From: Candidatus Nomurabacteria bacterium RIFCSPLOWO2_12_FULL_44_11
GTDB lineage: Bacteria; Patescibacteriota; Minisyncoccia; Phycocordibacterales; UBA9973
Assembly: GCA_001787125.1 (NCBI GenBank)
Contig: MFVU01000032.1
Coordinates: 1-38,955, forward strand
Reading direction: 5' to 3'
DNA: 38,955 bases
The notes under the pieces were generated by a model. It saw nothing but the letters and a program-made list of their open reading frames with translations. It was not told the origin of the DNA and made no database searches. Below, one piece after another: positions 1-9,502 of the stretch. The number at the start of each line of letters is the position of its first letter. Positions within the stretch are counted from its first letter, which is position 1. The position numbers and the translations under genes are program-made.

Positions 1-1411
1 CATGCAGTCCTGTCCAGGAATAGTTGCCGGAACCGGAGTCCCCGGTGTTTAGAAGATATATGTCTTCGATTTCGGTAGCGTTCAAACAATCCGTACAAGT
101 CACATCGTTCACTGTCAGAGTGTTGCCGGAGATGGCAAGACCTGAAAGGGTGGAGATGAATTCAAATTGAGTATCGGAATCGTCCCAGAAGACCAGTTGG
201 TTTGCACCGGGATCTGCTAGAGATGTTTGGGCCAGGTCATCGAGAGTAGCGGTGGCATCAAGGTATGCAGCAGCTGTGTTTTCCGCTTCGGTCCAGACAT
301 CGAAACACCCTTCTACTGCGCCGGAAGCATCTACACCAAGTGACGCATTTCCAGCCGCACAATTAGCACCATTGGCGGCTAGCGCGGTGGCAGTAGTGGC
401 CAGGTCAATAGTAATGTTGTTCGGCACTTGCGCATCGGTAACGGCGCCGGAAATGTCTTGTAAATCAAGGGCGGCTTCGAGAGTGGCCTCCGTGGTCGCA
501 TCAATAGCATCGAGCCCATTTATGGTTCCGACACCTGTCAGTGTAAGGGTCGGTGTCGAAGTTGTGCCTGATATAGTCACATCATTTGAAAATGTAACCA
601 GGCCGCTCCCAAAAGTCATCGTTGTATCTGTGCCGGACACATCAAAGGTCCAGATGTTTGCGGCATTCGTCCCGTCTGACCAGGTAGTATCGTCTATGGT
701 GGTAGAATCAAAACCACCCGGGCCAGTGCATGCACTGCCGGTTCCGGTTAACACTCCCAAATTATCTACTTCCACGCATTGTGCTCCTCCTCCAGAAAGT
801 GAAGAGGAAGTTATTTCTCCTCCGCTTATGTCACCAAGGATATCGATGTCACCCAATCCATCGAGAAGTAAAATATTGTCGGCCCCCGTGCCTGGAACAC
901 TTCCGAGTACAGATCCAGAGTTGATGGCGTATCCGGCAGAAACAATTTGCGGACGCGGATCAAGGGTTTCAAAACTTACCCCCACACAGGAAGCAGCAAC
1001 CTGAGCCGCAACTTCTACGTTCACATACACAGTATCGTTGTCCTGAAAATTATAATCGAGTGTATCGCCTCCCGCCCCTCCGATCTCAGCGTCAAAAACT
1101 CCATCACGAGTGAGAATCGTCATCGTGGTGGGAGTAATAGCTGGCCAAAGTTGAGTTCCCTCACCCTCATCGGGGTCATCCCAGATGGAAAACCGATAAC
1201 AAAAATCAGTACCATCCTCGTCTCCGAGTAAATTTCCGTCTACATCTAGCAATCGTCCTTGAAAATTAATTATTTCCGGAACACCGGTTTGCGAAAATGC
1301 GTTCGAAAGTGGAAAAAAAGCAAAAATAATGACAAAAAATCCGACACTAAAATATCTTAACCTTGTTAAGTTTTCGGTTGCAGTTTTGATGCCGAATTTA
1401 ATTGGTCTCAA
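1..1411 (-). CDS. Large secreted/surface protein, N-terminal part (runs off the left edge; not in ORF track)
   Basis: Manual minus-strand translation is open from TTG at 1411 to the window edge. Hydrophobic signal-like segment (YFSVGFFVIIFAFFPLSNAFS), then VPEIINFQGRLLDVDG and Gly/Thr/Asp-rich sequence with paired Cys. TATAAT lies 7 nt upstream of the TTG. Confidence 0.75.
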   Translation of the reverse strand, partial: MRPIKFGIKTATENLTRLRYFSVGFFVIIFAFFPLSNAFSQTGVPEIINFQGRLLDVDGNLLGDEDGTDFCYRFSIWDDPDEGEGTQLWPAITPTTMTILTRDGVFDAEIGGAGGDTLDYNFQDNDTVYVNVEVAAQVAASCVGVSFETLDPRPQIVSAGYAINSGSVLGSVPGTGADNILLLDGLGDIDILGDISGGEITSSSLSGGGAQCVEVDNLGVLTGTGSACTGPGGFDSTTIDDTTWSDGTNAANIWTFDVSGTDTTMTFGSGLVTFSNDVTISGTTSTPTLTLTGVGTINGLDAIDATTEATLEAALDLQDISGAVTDAQVPNNITIDLATTATALAANGANCAAGNASLGVDASGAVEGCFDVWTEAENTAAAYLDATATLDDLAQTSLADPGANQLVFWDDSDTQFEFISTLSGLAISGNTLTVNDVTCTDCLNATEIEDIYLLNTGDSGSGNYSWTGLH

Positions 1412-1510
1412 TGGTGAAATTATATCATATTACCTAGGTAAAAACCCTATTTGGCAAGGTTTTGTGGATAACATAAATCCGGGATCTCGGCCAGCCATTT
1501 TAGGCCGTTC

Positions 1511-2272
1511 TTATTCCTCCAAAAGCTCAAAATCTTCACCTTCTTTTGCGATAACTTTTTTACTACGGATTAAATAGACAGTTCTAATTCCAATGCCCAA
1601 TAGAAAAATTAAGGTGGTTACAAGAATATAGAAAGATATTGAATTATCAGCATTATTTGAGGTGGTTACATTTACTGTAGGCAAAGTATCAATGCCGGAT
1701 GGCAACATTGCTTGCTTGGGTTGGATTGAAGCAGGTTTCGTGGTTTTTGGGGTTAAAAGAGAGGCAGAAGTATACGAAATCTGGTTTTCCGCCCCTGGAG
1801 TAGGTTTTGCCCCGACCCAGACATTATTTATTCTTTGGAGTGAATTCCCGTCTCCAGCCCCACTCGTGCTTCCTTTATAGGCATATTGGTCAATGATCTT
1901 GTCCCCGTCCTTGAGAGCAAGCACTTCGCCGGCGTTATTTAAGGAAAAAGTCGAATCAAAGATGGTTCCGAAAAAATTCGGCCAATCGGCCGCAAATTTC
2001 GAGGGATTGGAAACTATAATAGCGTAACCAGCTGGTTCTATCTTTGTGCTGCCTTCTACCAGCGTAAGCTTATGATTGGTATCACCCTCAAATAACTTAA
2101 GAATGGAAAGGTCCACCTCGCTGTCAGAATTATTAAATACCTCAATCCATTCCCTACCCTCATCGCTCCCCGTCTTGAGATCATACATTATCTCATTTAT
2201 TTCTAAGGAAGCCAGCGTAAAATAAATCGGAAAAAAGGAAATTACTATTAGCAGAATAATTTTCTTCGCCAT
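1511..2272 (-). CDS. Lamin-tail-domain (LTD) surface protein with signal peptide and C-terminal TM anchor
   Basis: INEIMYD...EWIEVFN and FSLNNAGEVLAL motifs typical of LTD; hydrophobic N- and C-terminal segments. Confidence 0.75.
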   Translation of the reverse strand: MAKKIILLIVISFFPIYFTLASLEINEIMYDLKTGSDEGREWIEVFNNSDSEVDLSILKLFEGDTNHKLTLVEGSTKIEPAGYAIIVSNPSKFAADWPNFFGTIFDSTFSLNNAGEVLALKDGDKIIDQYAYKGSTSGAGDGNSLQRINNVWVGAKPTPGAENQISYTSASLLTPKTTKPASIQPKQAMLPSGIDTLPTVNVTTSNNADNSISFYILVTTLIFLLGIGIRTVYLIRSKKVIAKEGEDFELLEE

Positions 2273-2289
2273 GCTATAATATTAACACG

Positions 2290-2361
2290 TGTCCCGTTAG
2301 AAATTCAACGAACGGGGATGAAAGATAAATATTATTATTATTTTAAATTTTTAATGGGATG
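2290..2361 (+). repeat. Inverted-repeat leader element, copy A (ends in the ATG of the PfkB kinase)
   Basis: TCCCGTTAGAAATT (2292-2305) is complementary to AATTTTTAATGGGA (2346-2359) with two G:U; internal AACGGGG; same layout as 13945-14019 and 27416-27490. Confidence 0.7.
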
Positions 2362-3351
2362 GAAAAAATAGATTTTTTGTCGATTGGGGATATCGTGGTA
2401 GACAATTTTATACGAATTAGCGATGCGCATATTCACTGCCGGATGGACACTGATGCTTGTGAGTTATGCCTACGCTTCGGTGATAAAATACCTTATGAAT
2501 CATCCACAGTGGTGCCCGCAGTTGGCAATTGTGGCAATGCATCTGTTTCAGCTGCCCGCCTAGGACTTCGTTCTGCTCTAATTTCACATTTGGGTGAAGA
2601 CGATAATGGCGCAGCGTGTCTGATAGCACTCGAGAGAGACAAAGTGATTACAAAATACATCGAGAAAGAAAAGGGCAAGCCCACCAACTACCACTACGTG
2701 CTTTGGTACGATATTGACCGAACTATTTTAGTTAAACACACCGCCTTCACTTATAAATTCCCGGAGCTTCCAAAAGTTTCTTGGATGTATCTAACCTCGC
2801 TTGCCGATCACTCCCTACCCTACCACGAAAAAATAGCTAATTTTTTGAAGAAAAATCCAGAAACAAAATTGGCCTTCCAGCCGGGAACTTTCCAGATAAA
2901 ATTAGGGAAGGAAAAATTAAAAGATATTTATGCCCGCACCGAAATATTTTTTTGCAATTTGGAGGAGGCAGAAAAAATTCTCGGCATCCAAGACAAAGAC
3001 GTTTTGACCCTAGCCAGGGGTATCGCCGCTCTGGGACCTAAAATGGTAGCGATCAGTGATGGTCCCAAGGGGGCTTATTTTTACTATAATAATGAGCTTT
3101 GGCAGATCCCGATTTACCCAGATATTGCTCCTCCTCTGGAACGTACCGGGGCTGGCGATGCCTTTTCTTCCACCTTCACTGCCGCCCTGGCGCTGGGCAA
3201 GTCCCCTCTCGAGGCCTTCGCCTGGGGACCAATAAATTCAATGTCCGTCTGCCAAGAAATCGGCGCGCAGAAAGGTCTCCTCCCTCGATCTAAACTGGAA
3301 GAATACTTGACCAAAGCCCCTGCGGATTATAAGGCTAAAAAAATAAATTAA
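2359..3351 (+). CDS. PfkB/ribokinase-family carbohydrate kinase
   Basis: N-terminal GNCGNASVSAARLG and C-terminal ERTGAGDAF PfkB signature motifs. Confidence 0.9.
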   Translation: MEKIDFLSIGDIVVDNFIRISDAHIHCRMDTDACELCLRFGDKIPYESSTVVPAVGNCGNASVSAARLGLRSALISHLGEDDNGAACLIALERDKVITKYIEKEKGKPTNYHYVLWYDIDRTILVKHTAFTYKFPELPKVSWMYLTSLADHSLPYHEKIANFLKKNPETKLAFQPGTFQIKLGKEKLKDIYARTEIFFCNLEEAEKILGIQDKDVLTLARGIAALGPKMVAISDGPKGAYFYYNNELWQIPIYPDIAPPLERTGAGDAFSSTFTAALALGKSPLEAFAWGPINSMSVCQEIGAQKGLLPRSKLEEYLTKAPADYKAKKIN

Positions 3352-3380
3352 TTTACCAGTTTACAACCGATTACGCTATA

Positions 3381-3398
3381 ATAGCGATATATCGCTAT
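3381..3398. promoter_or_regulatory. 18-bp perfect palindrome ATAGCGATATATCGCTAT between the -10 box and ATG of the TrpR-like gene (candidate operator)
   Basis: Self-complementary sequence; identical copy at 3825-3842. Confidence 0.65.
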
Positions 3399-3798
3399 GC
3401 CACATGTATCTAAAAAAATATTAAATACCAAACAGGAAATAATAATTAAGGCTCGGCTTGTAGATATGCTACGGGCTGTGGGGAAAGACCACCGATCGGG
3501 CTATTCCCTGCGTGAATTACTTACTTATACCGAAATGATTATGCTTGCCAAACGCTTAGGAATAATTTACCTAGTAAGTAAAGAAACACCCACTCTTGAT
3601 ATTTGTAAAATTCTTCAAGTAAGTTCCTCGACTGTGATCAGAATTGAGAAAAGATTCGATCGAGGTGGATACCAAAATCTTTGTAAAGTTTTTAAAAAAC
3701 TGGAACCGTCTATTGTCGATGTGTTGGAAACTATTTTAGGAGCAGGACTGCCTTCGAAATACGGCAAGGGCCGTTGGAAATTCCTTAATGATTACTAA
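3397..3798 (+). CDS. TrpR/YerC-YecD-like helix-turn-helix protein
   Basis: LLTYTEMIMLAKRL followed by HTH-like ICKILQVSSSTVIRI. Confidence 0.75.
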   Translation: MPHVSKKILNTKQEIIIKARLVDMLRAVGKDHRSGYSLRELLTYTEMIMLAKRLGIIYLVSKETPTLDICKILQVSSSTVIRIEKRFDRGGYQNLCKVFKKLEPSIVDVLETILGAGLPSKYGKGRWKFLNDY

Positions 3799-3824
3799 AA
3801 ATTATAGAACTGGTTGTTTTAATT

Positions 3825-3842
3825 ATAGCGATATATCGCTAT
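3825..3842. repeat. Second copy of the 18-bp palindrome, downstream of the TrpR-like gene
   Basis: Exact match to 3381-3398. Confidence 0.8.
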
Positions 3843-3874
3843 TTTACAGATAATATTTTTGCTTTTTTATATTT

Positions 3875-4870
3875 CTATTTCCTTCCTAGAATTTTCTTTA
3901 CCGCTTCTTTGATGCCGTTTTTGCCCATGCCGTAGTGTTCTATTAGCTCTGATGGCGCGCCGGACTGGCCATAGCGGTCTTGGACGCCAATAAATTCTAT
4001 TGGCACCGGAAAATTCCCAGCCAGAACTTCCGCCACCGCGGAACCCATTCCCCCCATAACCTGATGCTCTTCCACCGTCACAATTTTTTTAGTTTCTTTG
4101 GCAAGCGCAATAACAGCATTTTTATCCATCGGTTTTATTGTGGAGAGGTTTAATACTTTTGTTTTTATGCCTTCGGCTTCGAGCTCTTTCGCGGCTAGGA
4201 GCGCATTATAGACAAGTCCGCCCGTTGCAATTATGCCTACTTCCGCAATTCCGACTTCTGGCAACCAGAATATTTCTTCTTTACCAAAAGTAAAAGGAGT
4301 TTCTTCGGTAGTGATAATCGGAGTTTTCTCACGGGCGAGACGCAGATACGCCGGCCCTTTTGAATTTACCAAGGCAAGGGTTGCCTTCTTGGCTTCAAGC
4401 GCATCGCAAGGCGAAACGACGTCCATGTTCGGAAGCACTCGCATGAGCGCGATGTCTTCGAGCGCCTGATGCGTTCCACCGTCTGGCCCCACTGAAATGC
4501 CCGCATGCGACCCGGCAATCACCACTTTCCGGTCGTTGTAAGTAATGGTTGTTCTTATCTGTTCCCAATTGCGTCCCGGCGAAAACATCGCATACGAAGA
4601 ACAAAAAGGGATTTTTCCCATGGTGCTTAAACCGGACGCAGTAGTAACCAAGCTTTGCTCCGCTACCCCCACTTGTATGAATCGAGCTGGAAATTTGTCG
4701 GCAAATAAATGCATCTGAGTGGATTCGGTCAGGTCGGCCGAAAGCCCGACCACATTTTTATTCTCTTCCCCTGCTTGGAGCAGCCCTTTGCCAAAGCCCT
4801 TTCGTATCGGCACTTGTTCTACATCAGGATTGAATAACTTGGGATTTAATTTTAGTTTTGGATTTAACAT
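3875..4870 (-). CDS. Transketolase, C-terminal subunit (pyrimidine-binding and C-terminal domains)
   Basis: GVAEQ, GPDGGTHQ and VTVEEH motifs. Start reassigned to ATG 4870 (MLNPK), next to the N-subunit stop. Confidence 0.92.
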   Translation of the reverse strand: MLNPKLKLNPKLFNPDVEQVPIRKGFGKGLLQAGEENKNVVGLSADLTESTQMHLFADKFPARFIQVGVAEQSLVTTASGLSTMGKIPFCSSYAMFSPGRNWEQIRTTITYNDRKVVIAGSHAGISVGPDGGTHQALEDIALMRVLPNMDVVSPCDALEAKKATLALVNSKGPAYLRLAREKTPIITTEETPFTFGKEEIFWLPEVGIAEVGIIATGGLVYNALLAAKELEAEGIKTKVLNLSTIKPMDKNAVIALAKETKKIVTVEEHQVMGGMGSAVAEVLAGNFPVPIEFIGVQDRYGQSGAPSELIEHYGMGKNGIKEAVKKILGRK

Positions 4871-4871
4871 A

Positions 4872-5735
4872 CTAGATTGGTCTATGTGCTTTAAGTTCGG
4901 CAAGCGCCTTCTCGGCTTCTTCTTTCGAGGGCGGTTTCCCGTGCCATTTATAATCGCGTTCCATAAAGCTCACGCCTTTGCCGGGTATAGTGTGGGCAAT
5001 AATCACTGTCGGCTTTTCAAAAACCCCTTTGGCTTCGTTGACCGCTTCATTGAGTGCCTGAAAATCGTGCCCGGAAACTTCAATCACATGCCAGTTGAAG
5101 GCGCGCCATTTGTCCGCCAATGGTTCGAGCGGCATGATATTTTCAGTAAAGCCCTCAATTTGAATATTATTTCGGTCAATAATAGCGATCAGGTTTCGCA
5201 ATCTATATTTCCCCGCGAGCATTATTCCCTCCCAGGAATTTCCTTCATCCAGTTCGCCATCAGACATAAAACAATAAATATATTTATCGGTGCTCATGCC
5301 GTGATCAATCTTCTCCGCAAGCGCCATGCCCACTGATTGGGAGAGCCCGGAACCGAGCGGTCCGGAAGATGTTTCGAGCCAGGGCATATATTCACGGTGC
5401 GGATGCCCTTGCAAGCGAGAACCAAAGTGTCGTAAAGTTTTAAGTTCTTCTACGGGAAAATATCCTGCGTGCGCCATGGTCGCATAATACACTGGGCAGA
5501 TGTGGCCGTTCGAGAGCACTACCCGGTCTCGATCGGGCCAATCTGGATTTTTCGGATCATGCTTCAATACATGGAAGAACCAAAAGGTGAAAATATCCGC
5601 CATGCCGAGGGGTCCCCCGGTATGGCCGGAAGCAGAATATTTGTCTGTTTTAGTAGCTACTAATGATTCAATTATCGAACACCTGATGTCGTTAGCTTTC
5701 TGTTCCAGTTCCTTGATTTTGTGCTCGGTCAACAT
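4872..5735 (-). CDS. Transketolase, N-terminal TPP-binding subunit
   Basis: SGHTGG, DRVVLSNGH, LQGHP and SDGELDEG motifs. ATG 5735 lies 9 nt after a TATAAT. Confidence 0.92.
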   Translation of the reverse strand: MLTEHKIKELEQKANDIRCSIIESLVATKTDKYSASGHTGGPLGMADIFTFWFFHVLKHDPKNPDWPDRDRVVLSNGHICPVYYATMAHAGYFPVEELKTLRHFGSRLQGHPHREYMPWLETSSGPLGSGLSQSVGMALAEKIDHGMSTDKYIYCFMSDGELDEGNSWEGIMLAGKYRLRNLIAIIDRNNIQIEGFTENIMPLEPLADKWRAFNWHVIEVSGHDFQALNEAVNEAKGVFEKPTVIIAHTIPGKGVSFMERDYKWHGKPPSKEEAEKALAELKAHRPI

Positions 5736-5802
5736 GTTAAACCCATTATACCTTATCGATATTTCCAAAACAATTATAAACTTGTGGTATAATACTTTTG
5801 CG

Positions 5803-6153
5803 ATGATAACAGGGCCGAATCAAGGACTACCGACCACAGCTCCAGTAGAAAAAGAGCCGAAAGTGCTTACTTTTGAGGAATTTAGTGCCCGAGATAAAGC
5901 TAATTTTAATGCCGTCCGATACGGCAATTTCTACAGACATTTCGACGGAAGTGCTGAACATAAAGCTAGATGGTATTATGGAAAATTTGAAGACGAAAAT
6001 AGGGAGTTAGTAATGAGGTTACTAAATAAAATACGCGACATGGATGAATCGAGGGGCATTTCTACTGCCTTAAGGCCTTGTGACCGACTCCTTTATGAGG
6101 CCTATGTAATAATGCGTGGTTATAGAGTTCCCGACGAAGAGCTTTTTGCTTAA
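5803..6153 (+). CDS. Hypothetical protein (116 aa)
   Basis: 3' part of ORF 5500-6153. ATG 5803 follows TGGTATAAT (-10 at 5788-5793) and avoids overlap with transketolase. Confidence 0.6.
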   Translation: MITGPNQGLPTTAPVEKEPKVLTFEEFSARDKANFNAVRYGNFYRHFDGSAEHKARWYYGKFEDENRELVMRLLNKIRDMDESRGISTALRPCDRLLYEAYVIMRGYRVPDEELFA

Positions 6154-6156
6154 TTT

Positions 6157-6756
6157 TTATTGTTCTAATTTTTCGATAGCTTTTTCGATATCATGTACAG
6201 CTTTCCTGTAATCTCTAAGTTTGGCATTCATATTTATTCTGTTTATTTGCTGTAAAATAGGTCCTTTGGATGGAAAAGGAATGTTCGCTCCTGCAGCCCT
6301 ATTTCTTAGTGTTTCAACTTCATTCGCACGTCGTATTGGTTCTTCACGAGCAAATTTTGCACCAGCTTCTTGTTGCTCTGCCTTGCTCCTCTCGGCTTCC
6401 TGTTTTTCTCTAAAAGTTTTTATAGCGGCTTTCACTGCCTTATCGGAATCGGGAAGTCTACCAGCGTCCAATTCGCCTGCAATGTATTTCACAAATTCTA
6501 ATCCTCCTATTTTATTGGCTTCTTCAAAACGTTGGATTGCTCGTTCCCATTCCTCCGCCAGTTCCCTTAAACCCACCTCGTCAAGAGATAGGCGTAGTGC
6601 GTCTATTGTTTTTATTATCGTGTAACTAGGCACAAAATAAAGTTTGCGAAATCTTTCGTCAACATTCCTTAATCTTCTATCCAGACGCCTTTGCGACTCT
6701 GTGGCCCCCCATTTTACTTCAGATTTACGATCAGGTGGTTGGTTAAATTGGTTCAT
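6157..6756 (-). CDS. Hypothetical charged, helical protein
   Basis: 199-aa ORF co-oriented with rpe, Glu/Lys/Arg-rich; no recognised motif. Confidence 0.6.
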   Translation of the reverse strand: MNQFNQPPDRKSEVKWGATESQRRLDRRLRNVDERFRKLYFVPSYTIIKTIDALRLSLDEVGLRELAEEWERAIQRFEEANKIGGLEFVKYIAGELDAGRLPDSDKAVKAAIKTFREKQEAERSKAEQQEAGAKFAREEPIRRANEVETLRNRAAGANIPFPSKGPILQQINRINMNAKLRDYRKAVHDIEKAIEKLEQ

Positions 6757-6768
6757 AAAATGACTATA

Positions 6769-7494
6769 TTACAATTCTCTAAATCTTTCTATCGTCTCTA
6801 TTATATCATCTGTATTAAAAATTGCCGAACCGGCGGCAAGTTTGGTGGCTCCGGAGGCCACCAAGAGCGGTGCAGTAGTTTCGTTTACTCCAATGTCCAC
6901 CCCGATGGGCAAGTTCGGGTATTTTTCACGGATTGTTTTTATTTTTCCATACACTTTGTCATCGAGCGTTATGCCTTGGTAGCCAATTTTATCATTGCCC
7001 ATGCACTGCACGAAATCGATAAATGGAATTAAAGGAAATAACTTCTCAAGCGGAGTTCCGGGTTTGAGCGCCACCCCTATTTCAATGGCGTCTCGAATAT
7101 ACATATCGATACCCTCTAGGAAATTTTTAAAATTCTCCAAGTCCCCCACTGCTTCCAGGTGGAAAATTATTCTGCGAGGGCCCAGTTTGGTATAAATATC
7201 GAAATTTTCCACTGCCCCCACAACCATCAAATCCAGTTCAAAATCAATATCCTCCCAAAACGGCATTCCTTCCTGCTCGCGCAAAATTTTTTTAAAGTGC
7301 TCGTCAAAATCATTTTCCAAAAATTCGCCTTCAACTTGGGAAGGTTTCGATAAAAAAGGCCAAGTCAAAGAAGGCACAAAAATTCCGTCGCAAAGATCTA
7401 CCTGCACCACTGGTGCGATACCTCGCACCAGAGCAACTTTGTTTTTCAAATCCTCATAATTTTTCGGCAAAATCGCCGGAAGTATTTCGGCCAT
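6769..7494 (-). CDS. rpe: Ribulose-phosphate 3-epimerase
   Basis: VQVDLCDGIFVP, IIFHLEA, GYQG, GVDIGVN and AAGSAIF motifs; pentose phosphate context. Confidence 0.85.
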   Translation of the reverse strand: MAEILPAILPKNYEDLKNKVALVRGIAPVVQVDLCDGIFVPSLTWPFLSKPSQVEGEFLENDFDEHFKKILREQEGMPFWEDIDFELDLMVVGAVENFDIYTKLGPRRIIFHLEAVGDLENFKNFLEGIDMYIRDAIEIGVALKPGTPLEKLFPLIPFIDFVQCMGNDKIGYQGITLDDKVYGKIKTIREKYPNLPIGVDIGVNETTAPLLVASGATKLAAGSAIFNTDDIIETIERFREL

Positions 7495-7495
7495 A

Positions 7496-8299
7496 TTATT
7501 GCATGTCTAATTTCTCTTTTTGTCTTTTAACTTCTTCGACCAACGCATCGTGAAAAACCCCATTAGAAGCGATAAATGAACCTTCATCGGAGAGGGTCCA
7601 GTCGCGGCCATTAATTCCGGTGACTTTCCCGCCGGCCTCCAGAACCAAGAGTATTCCAGCTGCCGCGTCATAAGTTTTAAAACCCAATTTTATATCAGCT
7701 TCCGTACTGCCTCTGGCCACGAACGCCAAGTCGAGCGCAGTGCAACCAAAATCTCGAACAGAAGAAACGACGCGTTCAGGTAAATCGCGCAATAAATTTC
7801 TCCGTATTTTTAAATCTGGTGGCTTGCGACCGGAAGAAACCGTGACAATGCATTTGTCATGACCGCTTTTTGAAACGTGAATCAACTTGTCATTTAAATA
7901 AGCTCCCTTCCCAGTTTCAGCATAAAAGAGTGCACGGGTAGCCGGGTTGTAAACTACCCCGACTAGAATTTTTTCATCACAGATAAGTGAGATCGAGATA
8001 GCAAAAAAAGGGATCTGGTGCGCAAAGTTCCGGCTGCCGTCCACCGGATCGACATACCAGGTATAGGAACCCTCTTTTATTATTGGGTCGGTTTCCTCGC
8101 CAATGATTGAATGATCAGGGAACTTTTCAGATATTATTCTTTTGATTAGCTCCTCGGACTCCGTGTCGGCCAGCGTGACCATGCTTTTATCTTCCTTCAC
8201 TCCCCGTTTTATCTCAGTTTCTTGATGCCACTCCAGAATTTTTCCAGCTTCCAAGGCCGCCCGTATCGCCACCTTAAGCTCCGTAGATTTATCCTGCAT
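7496..8299 (-). CDS. Inositol monophosphatase (SuhB/FBPase-like) family protein
   Basis: IIGEE, WYVDPVDGSRNF and YDAAAG motifs. Confidence 0.9.
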   Translation of the reverse strand: MQDKSTELKVAIRAALEAGKILEWHQETEIKRGVKEDKSMVTLADTESEELIKRIISEKFPDHSIIGEETDPIIKEGSYTWYVDPVDGSRNFAHQIPFFAISISLICDEKILVGVVYNPATRALFYAETGKGAYLNDKLIHVSKSGHDKCIVTVSSGRKPPDLKIRRNLLRDLPERVVSSVRDFGCTALDLAFVARGSTEADIKLGFKTYDAAAGILLVLEAGGKVTGINGRDWTLSDEGSFIASNGVFHDALVEEVKRQKEKLDMQ

Positions 8300-8305
8300 A
8301 AATGT

Positions 8306-8785
8306 TTATTTATAGATGTCGAGCTTATCAATTTTTCCGAGCCGGCGGATGTGCCGCTCGCCATTACTGTAAGGGGTGCTAAGCCACTTGCTCACTGCGG
8401 TTATAGCCATATCTTCCGTAAGATATCGCGCCGCTAAGGATAAAATATTTGCGTTGTTGTGTTCTCTTGACCGCACAATTATATCCGCTTCGTCATCCAC
8501 CACCGTCGGCGCTTCGCCATAGTAAACCACCGCCCGCACGTGAGAAAATTTATTTGCAGCTAGCGCTTCCCCTTGTCCCGTTGCCCCGAGGATTATGCCC
8601 CGGGAATTATCAGGGTCCTTGGAAATTTCCCGAGCTACAGGAATCACAAAATCCGGATAATCATCTGTCTCGTTGTATCCAAAGGCACCTTTATCTACCA
8701 CTTCATGCCCATGGCCCCGAAGAAACGTCACTAGTTTCTCTTTAAGCACATAGCCCGCATGATCTGTGCCGACAAAAATCTTCAT
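8306..8785 (-). CDS. rpiB: Ribose-5-phosphate isomerase B (RpiB/LacA/LacB family)
   Basis: IFVGTDHAG, DDYPD, AANK, REHNNANIL and RHIRR motifs. Confidence 0.9.
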   Translation of the reverse strand: MKIFVGTDHAGYVLKEKLVTFLRGHGHEVVDKGAFGYNETDDYPDFVIPVAREISKDPDNSRGIILGATGQGEALAANKFSHVRAVVYYGEAPTVVDDEADIIVRSREHNNANILSLAARYLTEDMAITAVSKWLSTPYSNGERHIRRLGKIDKLDIYK

Positions 8786-8829
8786 ATAGGGATTATATCA
8801 ATAAGTAAAAGTAAAGTAAAAGTCCGCCA

Positions 8830-9480
8830 TTACCTGAATTCGATCCTTACCAAGGATGCTATGGCCACAAAAAAGCCAATGACGAGAAATAGCAAGCTGA
8901 AAATGAGCCAAAGCTTGGTTCTGGACTTGCTTACAAAAAGAAACCGATTCTCAAATGAACCTAGAAACTTATTGACATTTTTGTCAAGTTCTTGTTTGCC
9001 CTCGCTCGGACGAAACAGCGGACTGCCCCCGCCGGCATAGTAACTGATGAGGTCATGGCGATTTAAAACTCCGGCCAGTCGGCCATCTTCCTGTACAACA
9101 GAAATTGGATTTAAGTGATGATGTTCCGCAAATATCTTTGCCGCTTCGGTAATGCTCGAATTGCGCCGGAGTAGTATTGGTTCTTTGTTCATCACATCCC
9201 CCACCCGCATCGAAAGAAGAGTAGCCAAGCCGCCTTTGGATTTATCCACTTTATAGAAATCAAATTCTTCAAAAAGTTTGAGCAGAGTAGGTAGGTGAAT
9301 GCCGGTGCCTTTAAGCGATAGGTCGTATTCCGTCAAAATTCCCACTACTTTCCCGTCGCTTGCGATAACCGGCGCGCCGTCAAGCTTATATTGGGTAAGC
9401 AGCCGCACCGCGTCCTTCACTGACATATTCGGTGAAAGCGAAATCGTATTTAACACCATCAATTCGTCCACGCGGTTCAT
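8830..9480 (-). CDS. CBS-domain-pair protein with C-terminal transmembrane helix
   Basis: Two CBS motifs (GAPVI..GKVVGILTEYDL; GRLAGVLNRHDL) and a hydrophobic C-terminus. Confidence 0.85.
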   Translation of the reverse strand: MNRVDELMVLNTISLSPNMSVKDAVRLLTQYKLDGAPVIASDGKVVGILTEYDLSLKGTGIHLPTLLKLFEEFDFYKVDKSKGGLATLLSMRVGDVMNKEPILLRRNSSITEAAKIFAEHHHLNPISVVQEDGRLAGVLNRHDLISYYAGGGSPLFRPSEGKQELDKNVNKFLGSFENRFLFVSKSRTKLWLIFSLLFLVIGFFVAIASLVRIEFR

Positions 9481-9502
9481 TATTTATAGTATAATCAACC
9501 TT

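Noticed and set aside
252..1004. 250-aa plus-strand ORF
   Set aside because: Ser/Pro/Val-rich antisense shadow of the longer minus-strand surface protein gene (1-1411).
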